A stretch of DNA of 64,000 nt from Nemertoderma westbladi (taxonomy: Eukaryota > Animalia > Xenacoelomorpha): NCBI GenBank assembly GCA_032718475.1, contig JAUCBJ010008282.1:27488-91487 (forward strand), given 5' to 3'. A model generated the notes under the pieces. It was given only the letters and a program-made list of their open reading frames with translations. It was not told the origin of the DNA and ran no database searches. Positions within the stretch are counted from its first letter, which is position 1, and every line of letters begins with the position of its first letter. The translations under genes were made by a program, and so were the position numbers. Positions 37,801 to 49,802 of the stretch are shown here, piece by piece.

Positions 37801-40800
37801 CGTGAGCCACTTCTATGGCTTGTTCCACCGTGTCCTTGGACACCAATCCGTCGTCCATATAGAAGTTTCTCAAGATGGACTCGATAACCTCTACTGGATA
37901 CTTACCAATTTGGGCTGTTGCCGTTTTCTTTAAAACAAACACCGTGCCATTTGGACTATCGCGGGCGCCAAATATCCTAACGTACATCTGGTATGTAACC
38001 ACTGGGCCGGATAAGTCTTCATTCTCGTACCAGAGAAAGCGAAGGCTATCCTGGTCTTCCTTACAGGCTCTTACCTGGTGGAACATCGCCTCGATGTCAC
38101 AAGTAAATGCGAATCGCCGCTGTCTAAAACGCAACAGTATTCCAATCAAATAATTTGTCAGGTTGGGACCATCCATCAACTCTGAATTCAGGGACATACC
38201 TCTATAGACTGCTGCGCAGTCGTTGACAACTCGGACTTTGTCAGGCTTGTCAGGGTGAGTCACATAGTGGTGTGGAAGGTAATAAGTCTGGTCTGTCACT
38301 AAGTCAGGGTCCTCTACCTTCCCAGCAAATCTCTTGGCAAAATAGTTGTTGATCTGGGCGCAATACTTCTCCCTAATATCCGGATTCTTCAACAACCGAG
38401 CCCTTACTCCGTTTAATCTTTTCAAGGCTAAGTTGTAGTTGTTCTCCAACTTAGGAGGTTGTCGACGCCACAACATTCCAACTTCAAAATGTCCAGTCGG
38501 TAGTAGACGTATGGTATCTTCCATCATCTCCAGCGACCGTTTCTCATCAGTAGACATGGTTAGGTCATATCCACCGGGTTCCATTGCGTCCCTATCCAGC
38601 CATTCGACGGTTCTGGCTCCTGTCTCGAGGTCCTGGCGTATCAATTCCTTCTGTAGCTCCTCCTCACTGTATTGGAAAATGTCTAGGTCTCGATATTTAG
38701 CCACTTGACCCTCCACTATGTCGGTATAAGTCAAAACGTTACTCAAATAGGTAGCGTGGGCCGCTGAACCAGACCCACGGGTCTGATAACAGTAGTCCTC
38801 GGGTTCACTATCTGTCCGGTTGTTGTGAAGTGGTTCCGACAACCTAACATTATCGGGAATCAACTCCTTGTCCGACTCGCTAAAGTCACTATAGTGGTCA
38901 ATACAGGTTCTCCTAAACTCGTCTATGTCTGGTGGTTCTACTAACGGTGGTTCAGTTATAGGCTGTAATTCGTCGTATCTATCCATTGGCTTGTCGCCAC
39001 CTGTAGACTCATAAGACATGGGTACTCTTGTATACCAACCTAATATAGTCCTATGGGCATGTGGTCCATTGACATGCGGCTCAGCTGGTCTCGTTTCCCA
39101 TATTTGGTGTGCGATCAGCTGTTCTGCACCAATCAACATAGAAACATTCCTATAACCTACCTGGTGTCTCGGTACCCTGAGCTTGTCAAAATACTCCTGT
39201 GCTATGGGACTCATCGGCGGCACCTTACCTAACTGCCTGCCGAATCCCTTCATAGCTAGACACTTAAATCCTACCAAAGGCAAAGCTTTTCGTTCTTGTC
39301 GAGTGTGTTGGTCTCTCGGAAGTAGGGAGTCTAGTTCTACCGAAATTCTGTGTCCCTTGAGGTCCCCTACCCCGTGCATAGACTTCAACTCTATTTGGAT
39401 TTCCTCGGCATCCTGGAAGCTAGAAACGGCTCTCGCCACTTCCTCGTCGATATAAGATAATGTGGACGCAGTGTCCAACATCACATATATTCTCTTCGAT
39501 CCCTTATCGCCAGTAAGTTTCACCGGAATCATGCTAAATATTTCCGACGTGGCCGATGATAAATACGTCCGCGTGCTGGTCGATGAACTATCCGCAGTGA
39601 AACCTTGGCAGGTCACCTCTCTTGTGCTCAACTCGCCATCCTCGTCCGACGAACCTGGTTGGTAACCATCGTCCTGAATGCCGGTATACGTATTCCTTCT
39701 TATCGATACGGGTTCTTTGCTCCCCTTCCTGTGAGGATTTCGCTGTAAGTAACGGTCCGTTGGGGTATGGAAATCCGCATGTAGCAACTTGTGATGTAGT
39801 CTGCCGCATTCCATGCATCCGTCCTTGCTGTTCGGGCACTGCCGCCGTACATGGCCTGGCGCAAGACATGCCCAACAGGTGTCCAACGTCCGCACTTGAA
39901 CTCTTCTCTGTTCCGAATTTAATTCTTTGAACCTTCTGCAACTATCTAACTTATGGTCGTCAGATCTTACCTCCTTTAGTAAACAGTATTGGCAACCTAC
40001 AAATCCATCCGGCAACTCCTGTTGCTTTAACCTAGGTCTATCTAACCGCTCACCTGACCATACTCACGAGTCTGATCTAAAGGCTGGTGTACTCGAATTA
40101 TATCTGTCTACTAAGTTATAAGTCACAGTGGTCCTGTCATCGTCAAAACTTACCATAGACTTACCGGTAACAGGTTTAGACTCTCTCATATTCTCTTCTG
40201 AGAAGTTTGATTTCATCTCTGCTACTGCGTCTGTGGCTATCATGTCATGAATATGCTGAAGTGTCAATACTTTACCTTGGCCCTCCAACTTATTATCTAA
40301 TTTGCGCCATTTCTGTCTGTAACACATGTTTAAACGTCTTATTACGCTCTTCAAAACTTCGGCGTGATCACCATGATGAGGTAGATTCACCGTCCTCAAG
40401 ATGTCCAATGCGTTCAAAATAGCGTTCGCTAAGTTCAACAGCTCTAACGGAGTTGTAATCCTTCCGCCCTTACCCAAGTCTTCTACTATCGACTGCGCCA
40501 TCTTGGTTTTATTCCCGTAGATGTCACTAAGCGTCTTCATCGCTAACTCGAATGCTCTTTCGTTGCCGACGAAGTTATCAGCAATGGCTCTAGGTTCTCG
40601 ATGGAGCATCTGAAGCAAATAGTTGAACTTCTCGTTGGGAGTAAAGGTGCTGTTGGTTAGCTGCTCGTCGACATAGGTTTTAAAGGTCCTCCAGTGCTTA
40701 TGGTTACCCATAAACTTCTGGGGTTGTTGCGTCGGCAGTCCTTGCCTAGCAGCAAACTTACCTATGTCCCTAAGGGTTGCGTCGTTCCGGGTTAACAAAT

Positions 40801-43023
40801 GGTTTAGTTCCGCAGGGTTGTTAAGTGTGGTCCTTTCCCGGTGGTTCAAACTTACCTGCTCCGTGTCTGTCCTTCTTTCCTTATAGTTTCGGGACTTCTG
40901 ACGTCTCATGTCTTCCTCTTCATCGCTTGACTCGGTGTCAGTCCTTAGCGCTCGCGATGGTTTGCGCGCCGAGGCCCTGATCCAAGCATCTTGTATAAAT
41001 TTCTCGGCTGAGTTTTCGAAATTGGGATTATGGATATTCGGGACAGGCGTCCTTACCTGAGGTCTATGTGGTATAGTTTCCTCCGATATGCGTACTCGTT
41101 GACTAGGCTGGACTTTATCTGACTCAGGCCTGCTAGGATTAGAATTACTTCTTACCTGGGCTGCTTCCTTTACCGTAGGTTGCTAAGCATGTCCGTTATA
41201 GGTTGGATGTGCGGTGATATAGCTTGCGCTAAACTAGCACTTAACTCATCCCTCGTAATAAATTCCTGGCTAGGGTTCTGTTGTATAGTCGGCTCTATCT
41301 GAGTAATCCGCTGTCTCTCATATGATCCCTCTTCCGGTTTAACCCGGAAGTTCTCTGTCGAACTGGGTCGGCGCTCCGTCCGTGTATTCCAAAACCGCGG
41401 GTTCGGTTCGCCAAATACTCGGCTCGTCGGAGTTTCTTCTCTAAATTCTTCATTGTCACGTTCGGTATGTAGTGGTGCGGTGCGATGATGCCGCGGATTC
41501 TGCGCGATAGGTGAAGCACTAATACCAACTGGCGTGCGATATGTAGAGAACGGTTTAGCGATCCGTGTACTCGTAATAGCTGGTCCGGGTATAGGAATTC
41601 TGGTCGTCGTCGACTCGCGTATGGTCGGAGTTCTCGCTTCCTGTTCGGCCTTCTGCAGTGCGAACAGTTCTCGCAACTCGTTCCCTACACACGCCCCACA
41701 TTCTTCGATCATTCGCATCCCCTTCTCGGCGATTTCGTTCGCCTTCCTAGTCCGTTCTTCGCTCTCTAAACTTAATCTCGCACTTTCCAACTGCGCCAGT
41801 TTACGTTCTTCTTCTTCCCTCGCTCGTCTCGCTGCGCCATCTTCTTCCACACGCGCCTTTTCTTCATACAACGCTTGTCGCTCTTTCTCGATCTCGAGTT
41901 CGCGTTCCTTGCGTTCGCGTTCAAGTTCGAGTTCGCGTTTCTTCTGTTCGCGTTCGAGCTGGAGTTCGCGTTCTTTCTGCTCGCGTTCAAGTTCGAGTTC
42001 GCGTTCCTTGCGTTCGCGTTCAAGCTGGAGTTCGCGTTCCTTCTGCTCACGTTCCGCTTGCTCACGCTTACCTTTATCTTCCAGCTCGCGCAACTTCGCG
42101 TCTAACTTACGTGTTCGCTCCGTTTCCCGCTCTGCTTCCTTCTGTGCTTCCGATGCACGCAAAACTTCCGCCTGTTGTTCGTCCAGTCGGCGTCTTCTCT
42201 CCTCCGCCGAGTTGTGAGAAACAAGGGATCTAGCACATATAACCTTACCTCGCGCGTGACTAACCTGGGAATCGCCACTGTGTCTAGATGTATCATCGGG
42301 TGGAGTTAGCGTTCTCTGTTGGATGTTCTCCGTCGTCGGTAGCACCTGGCCCGGTACCACCACTCCACTCTGCATTAGCCAGCTAGTAACTTCCCTCTGA
42401 TACCTGCGCTCCTCCTTATCTTGGATCTCTTCTCGCCCCACTAAGTCTCTCAACTCTGCGTCACTCACCTGAGTCGCCTGCGCTTGTGATGCCCATAGCA
42501 GCTAGTTCTCCGTCCTAACTCGTCGGAATCGCTCCGATAACGTGCGGTGCTCCAACAAGGCTGCTAAAACCCTGTCGTAAATCCTCGTCGCCACGTCGCT
42601 CGACTGAGACTCTACTGCCTTCTTCGCTAGGACTGCAAGCTCCTCTGTCTGCTTGAATAACGCTGAGTTATATCCTCTTCTAATCTCTACTAACCCTTCC
42701 CTTCCGATGTTCGCTGAGTCGGCTAACATCTTCCTTACCTTGTCCGTCATCCGAGTTATATGTCCAGCATGCGCGCGAAGTTTCTTCTTTATCGCGATGT
42801 CAAGTACTCTCTCGCTTACCTGACTTACACTTGGTGGACTTGAAGGATTATTTCGGGAACTACGGGTACTTCTAACAGCCGCTGGGACCACGGCATTTAC
42901 CATACCCACAGGTCTGGAAACCGGGCTCCGGGCTCTCGCTTCTGCTACACTACCCTCCCTATCACTCACCTCTGTCCGGGCTGCTATGCAGTCCTTCCTT
43001 ACAGTAGCGGTAGGGGATCCTAA
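34874..43023 (-). pseudogene. gag-pol: BEL/Pao gag-pol of element C (main part), several frameshifts/stops
   Basis: ERELELERERK repeats; PQKFMG..EKFNYLLQML; CWACLAPGHVRRQC, CMECGRLHHKLLH; MLDTAS; FYMDDG; LHLFSDAS..WTDAS..NPADITSRG; GVDCFGP, SDKGTNF, WERLV; FWEYWREYYLP. Confidence 0.93.
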
Positions 43024-43225
43024 TGTGAATGATAAACAATATGGTATAACAGGCACGGATAAAAGTATAATATGCCAGACTCTCAACCATCAGACAACCG
43101 GTACCGGTACGGCCATCACCATATCCTTAGTGGCAGCTCACATACAGTATATCATACAGTTTTACAAAACACATAAATATAAGGTATTCCCATCACCATA
43201 TTGAAGGTTAATAATATTAAGTCTC

Positions 43226-46200
43226 TCAGTTTTTGGCGAATTGCCATTTAAGTTTGTTAAAATAAGCGTTTTCACTTACTGCTAACTTCAGTGGGGATGA
43301 GTTTACTCCTTGCTTTGTGAGAGTATTAGCTAGTTGATCGTGAGTTGGTATCCAATGGACGGCTGTAAGTTCGTTTTTATGCAGCATCTCTCGTAGAATA
43401 GCGATATCTATGCGAAGACGTTTATCTTCAATCGATGTAGTTGAGTGTACCGCATTGAACATTGAGTTATTGTCAGTTAGGAGAGTTATGGGTGGTGATC
43501 TCCCAAGTAGTTCTGATATTAAATAAGCTAAGAGGAAAGCGCATTCAACAGCTTCTGTTCCCATGACAGTCTCAGCAGCGAAGGTACTTTTACTACACGA
43601 CGAAGATGTTTACTTTGCCACGATACCAATGATGTTCTCCCATTAGATCCTAATAGAAATACTAAATATCCTCCTTGAGTCCCTCCATCAGGCAAGTTTC
43701 CTAAGCTAGCATCACTATAACAAAGCAATTCGATATTATTAACATCTCCCAAGTTCGATAGGTGAATATCAATGGTTTCTGTCTTCAATTTCTTGACAAC
43801 TTTGTTTGCTCTTTGGAGATCTTTTACTGTGGTAGTAGTCTTTGAGAGACAAGCTAATTGACATGAGTCGAAACTGACATCAGGTCTTGACTGAGTTGTA
43901 GCCCAGTTAAGTTGACCAATCATAGTCTTATATAATTTAAGTTCATCATTGTCCAACAACCTATCAGAGATATACATAGGCTTTTCATCAACAATATTAT
44001 CAGGAAGGATGTTGTTATAGTCACTAGTTTTCATTTCCGCAATGTAATGACCTAGACTTACAATTATGCCTGATTTTCTCTGCATTAATTCTAGGCCGAG
44101 GTACTTCATATTGATCTTAGAATCAGATCCGACAATAAACACAGTGTATAATTTTTGTATTATTAATGTAAACATTTCATTGCCGCCCCACAAGAAATCA
44201 TCTACATGACAACAGATAATTCCATTCAGATGTCCATTTCTCCAATGGAAGAATATGGCTGGATCCACACTTGATTTTTTTAGACCTAAGTTTTCAAATT
44301 CCTTCATTACCCTAAGGTACCACTGTCTACCAGATTCATTGAGTCCATAGACACAATGGTTCAATTTCCACAGTTTAGATGTATTAGCCTCTTTGGGTGG
44401 TTTAATGTATACATCACGTGCCATGGGCATTCCTTGCAAATAAGCACTTTTTATGTCAATGGCATTCATGTCCCACTGCATTGTTGACAATATAGTTAAG
44501 CATATTCTTAATGATTGCTTGCAGCAGGTAGGAGAGTCAGTCACAGTTTTTACAATATCCTCGAACCCACGAGCACATAAACGTGCTTTAACTTTAATGA
44601 TGTCTCCTTTTAATTTTTCTGTGATAACCCACCTAGTCGATATTGTATGCTGCCCATTGTCACTTATTTCAGTGTATGTTTTCATATCTGACCACTTCTG
44701 CATCTCTTCTTTCTTAGCTGTTGCAATTTGATCCTCTCTGCCATCACGGACATGAAGAACTAGAACATCATCATTACTAACAGGTATAGAATCAATGTTG
44801 TCTTCATGACTACCTTTTGATTCAGAACTAATATCACTGCTTTCATTTTGTGTTTGGTTTGAACTTTCATCATCATAATCAGACATCGCACTACTTATAT
44901 TCTTCTTCCAATCAGTAATGTCATCTCTGAAACTTTTAGAAAACTTATTTCCATCTTCATCTTTAAGATTCCACCAATGCCAATAGTTACCTGTTCGTTT
45001 ACCGCCTCTACTTATTACAGTAGCAGATTTCCATTCTCCGGAGTTATTATCTTTGTAGAGAATGTTGTCTTTAACTTTAGGCATTTTTGACAGTGGTATA
45101 GCTGATGGTATAGGTTTGTTGGATAGGTTAGAGGTTGATTTAGATCTACAAGCTTCACTATTGAAGGATGGCATTTTGTCATCAATTTGGTGTACAGTAT
45201 CATCTACATCATCATCATCATTATTGCTTCTACAAACATTATTATATTGGCCAGTATCATTTTCTATATAATTTCTGATGGTATCAACATTGACATCATT
45301 GACTGGCATTAACCTACATGGATGAACTCTCAAGTATTGCCCACCATGTTTAACTAGAACAAGTTTAACATCAGTACCCAAGACAGTTGCAGGGCCCCTC
45401 CAAAATGTGGTATTCGTGCGTTTATAATATACTTGTTCACCTATAGAGAATACATAATCAGAATAGTTTCTGTGTTTTCGACTTAGTGCTCTTCTAAGTT
45501 TTTCACAACTCTCTTGTTTAAGAAATGCCTCTCTAGCAGTGTGCAAAGCATTTAGATTGTCACGCACAATTTGACTTCCACAGACTGGATCATTTGCAGG
45601 AATAGAATTGTCGAAGCTGATAGGGTAATTTGGGTTTTTACCGAAAACCAGTTGGTTGGGTGTAAAGCCATAAACATTTATGAGGGAATTCTTGGCGGAA
45701 ACAGCCCAGTGGATGGCCAATGTGAGGTCAAACTGTGTTTGGTATATAATTTTCTCCAGACAACCCGCCAGTATTGCATTGTGCCTTTCGACGAGACCAT
45801 TAGACCATGGACTTTCAGCTGCAGTTGTGATAACTTTTATATTAAATTTATCGCAAAGTTCAAGAAATTCTTCATTATTAAACTCACCACCATTGTCTGA
45901 GAGGAATTTGTTTGGTGAGCCAAAAATACGAATCCAGCATTCTAGAATATTTTTGACTACAGTTTCTTTCCTTTTGTTAGTGATAATAGCAGCTTGACAA
46001 TATCTGGTGGCATGATCGACCATATTCAATATGTAAATTCCAGGACGAAATAATTTCAAGTCCATTCCCACTGTTTCATTAAATGATTTTGCCAATGGAA
46101 ACCCTACAATTGGTTTTAGTGGTAACTTTCTGAAACGTTTACAGATATCACATTGACTGCTGACATCATCTACAATTTTAGTGATACTGATATTAATTGG

Positions 46201-47826
46201 ATTGTCACTAGCTTTAGATATCAAATCTTTGAGACGATCAGATGTTGGATGTGCTAATTGTTTGTGAAGTTTAGATATTTTCCTGTGAAGATCATTATTA
46301 CTGTCAGAATGTGTAAATGGTGAGGTAAACAGAATCTGATTTACCGTTGTGACCATAATATCGTCTGTACGTGACAGGGAAAGACAATAGTGACCTGTAG
46401 AAGAAACTATTAAATCAGTATTTTCACCAAGTAATTCAATTGTATCATTAGCTAAATTGATTTTACCTCCACCTTTCTTCATAGAAGTACGTGAAAGTAG
46501 TAGTGGAATATCACATTCAACAATGTCCATTGACAGTCGTGCCTTCTTTGTACCAATATGTATAGGGACTGTTGCTTTAAATATAGATTGATGTTTTTCA
46601 CCATCACCGAAACGAAATCTAGCATCACTTTGTTTTTCTAAAATTTGATGTTTATCACTGCAACTTAGTGAATCAACATAACATTTATACCATATAGCAC
46701 CAGCAACTGTTGTGCTACACCCTGTATCTACTACTGCACAATTCAATGATTCAGATAAGAGATGTCTATTTGGCATCAGATCTTCATCAGTAAATATAAT
46801 TATGTCATTTTCAGCATCAGTTAATAGCGTTTTGTATTCATTAGTGGTGGTGTTGCCTTTGTTAAATTCTGGACATTCTTGTTGGTAATGATAAATAGAC
46901 AAACAAAAAGTACATTGTGTTGGTTTGCCATATTGATCAGGGGGGTTTAACTTTTGGCCTAACTTGGGACGAGTTGCCGGCTGTAACTGTGGCCTAGAGG
47001 TTCTGAAATTACCTGTAGCTGCAGGCCTATAGGCCGTTTGTCTCTGGAACCTATTTCCCGAAAACCCACGTGGTCTAAGCAATGGTTGTCTCTGATTATT
47101 AAAATTCCAGCTCCCTCTGCCATAATTAGAGCCATAGTAACATGCATTTTCATCAATATCATTATATAATTCTGCCTCACCTTCAACACCATATTCAATG
47201 TCAGTAGTACCGGTATCAAAAGTTGTAAAAATTGGTTCAGTTTTTACTTTGATTGATGTTTCAGCAACAACAGGGGAATGGGTGGTGGAAATATCAGAAT
47301 GTAATTTTAGAATTTGAGTTTTCATATTTTCGTATGTTAATTCATCTACAGTGGCTAATGTCAATTGATGTTTACTGTCATCCAAATTGGCACATTTCAG
47401 TAGTTGATATGCTTTTACACCTTCAGGTAGTTTCATGTCATATGTTTCACACTTATGTAGGTTTCTTTCAAAGTTTACCATAAAGTCAGTTATATTAGTT
47501 TCTATGGGTCGACGGTAGGCACACAATTTGTCGTATGCATGAAAAGCACGTATTGATTTATCTTTCAGATAAAGACCATTTAATTTCAATACAATTAAAC
47601 TTACCCCATTGTCAGTTCGTAGGTCGTCACGTTTAATTTCTAATGCAGCTTCTCTTGCTTGGCCTTCTAAGCTGAGCAGAACAGTAGGACCCTGACGCGT
47701 TTTCGGTATATCTGTTGCGTCCTGCCAGATCTCCAATTCGCGTACCCATGTTTCGTATGAGACATCATCACGTAAACGTGGAGGATTCTTAATGTTGTAG
47801 TTGTAACTCGAATTTCCGGAAGCCAT
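43226..47826 (-). CDS. gag-pol: Copia/GalEa gag-pol polyprotein with one frameshift in RNase H (T-run 43588-43591)
   Basis: CTFCLSIYHYQQEC; VVDTGCS; HKQLAH..CDIC, SDNGGEF, NGLVER; KARLCARGF, CHVDDF; YSDAS, TDN, EDKRLRIDI. Adding one base restores VVKSTFAAE. Confidence 0.92.
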
Positions 47827-48249
47827 TACTATAACTACGGTAATGACAGTTACCTGTATCGGTGTACGGAATTTATTTGATTGGCAGATTGGTACCGGTA
47901 TATACTGATATATGTACCGGTGTATTAATATCCAAACGCAAACAGCAGAATGATGATAACAACTATCAGACTATAGAAGCTTACCAGTCTAGTCTATACC
48001 CAGTACTGGTGTTTTAAGGTTCTGAGGTTTGTTTTATATATACCTTTAAGTGAAGAATAACGCCGCCCAAGCTAGCATTCTATGTTCTATCCATACAATA
48101 TAAAACATCCTTATCAGTTTAGCAGTTACCAATTACAGCAGTATAATGCAGTATTGGCTTTAGTAATGGCATCTCCATTCAGCACATTTCAGCACTTGCC
48201 TACACAACACAATATCCAGATCAGTACAGCAGTAGTCCTGTAGTCAGAC

Positions 48250-48267
48250 AACCACGCTCTGCTACCA
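48250..48267 (-). promoter_or_regulatory. Primer-binding site, tRNA-iMet
   Basis: TGGTAGCAGAGCGTGGTT, 1 nt downstream of the Copia 5' LTR. Confidence 0.92.
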
Positions 48268-48411
48268 ATGTGAATGATAAACAATATGGTATAACAGGCA
48301 CGGATAAAAGTATAATATGCCAGACTCTCAACCATCAGACAACCGGTACCGGTACGGCCATCACCATATCCTTAGTGGCAGCTCACATACAGTATATCAT
48401 ACAGTATAACA

Positions 48412-48608
48412 CCTAATACTATTACTTGAGGTTGTTGTTCTTCCTCACTAGTCACTGTCTCGTCCTCCTGTTCACTTACGTCAGCGTCGCTCGCTGCGTC
48501 GTCATAGTCGGCATTGTCGTTAACAGTAATATTTACGCTATCGTCAGTCGGCGGTCCAGCCGCCGTCTCATAGCTGTCCTCTAGTGCCTCCTTGTCTGAG
48601 ACACTCAT
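48412..48608 (-). pseudogene. gag: N-terminus of element C gag, split off by the Copia insertion
   Basis: MSVSDKEAL...PQVIVLG rejoins LGSPTATVRKD in frame once the Copia and one TSD copy are removed. Confidence 0.85.
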
Positions 48609-49802
48609 AGTCTAAATAATGTTTGCCTTCCGGCAAAAATATCTCGCAAAGGTTCGAGATATAATTATAATTTAACCGAAATACGGTCAAATTATTTGTC
48701 TAATAATTAGTTGGTCCAAAATGTCAAATAAATTCGCAATGTAATATTGTGAATTTAATAGGGTATAGTTATAGCAAATACTAGCACAATATTTAAACAA
48801 AAATATTATTATATAGCTATTATAGCAATTAAATACCGGTATGACACAAAATAATTTCTGAATCTAATACAAAATATTCAGAATGAATTTGCCACCCAAA
48901 TAATTCCAATTTTGCATATATAGCTCTAATCAACGTAATTTTAATTTCAAATATTATATGTATCCACTAGCGCGTGGCTACATCTTCGGGTTGCGACTCT
49001 CTCTAACTCTTTCTCTAACTTGAGCGATTCAAAATACCATGGCCGGCTAAACCTAAATATCCTAACTAATAAATTGAGTTCAGCTTCGCAGTTAAACAAC
49101 CGATAATTTTTTACTGCTTCCACAAACACAATGGTGCCAACAGAACAACTAACCTTGTTTGCTGTGAGATTCCACGTCCGCGTCCAAAGTTTCAGTCCCT
49201 TCGCTGATTGCAAACCGAACCCGCTGACCCACACGAACCCCAAGCTCAGAAGTTCCGTCTTGCCATGTATCTCCAGATGGTATAAAATAACTAAACGGTT
49301 ACCTAACATACCGGTACAAAACTCTAGAATTTTACAAATAATTTTGACCGAAACTGAATTCTCGCAAACCTAGCTAAAATTTTCAAAAAACTTACTAATT
49401 ACAATTCGCCCTAAGGCCTAAGGAACTGCTGTATTCGCAATTAGCAAAAACGCACTACCGTACATCCACTGTATGCAGTACAGTAAGTAAAACAGTACAC
49501 CAACCTAACAGCCTAATTGATACTGTGTGTGGTACGGCAAACAAATGTCCTTCTACCGTACGCAGTAACAGCAATCAGCCTAATGTACTACTGTACTATT
49601 GTACGCGACCAGTGAATACAGTAATCTAAACTAACAGCCTAAGAATACACTCAATGTCTTACCGTACGCTATAGGCCTACAGCAGACAATATCACGTGCT
49701 CTAACTTATTACTTAATTACTGCTGTAACAGTGATACTACTAATCAGCCTAAGAATACACTCTTGACTGCTGCAAGCAACAGCCAATAAAAACGTGCTTT
49801 AC

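Larger units (their letters stand above)
43024..48411 (-). mobile_element. Ty1/Copia retrotransposon, GalEa-like, nested in gag of element C
   Basis: 143-bp LTRs (43024-43166, 48269-48411), TSD CCTAA (43019-43023 / 48412-48416), iMet PBS, PR-IN-RT-RH order. Confidence 0.96.
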
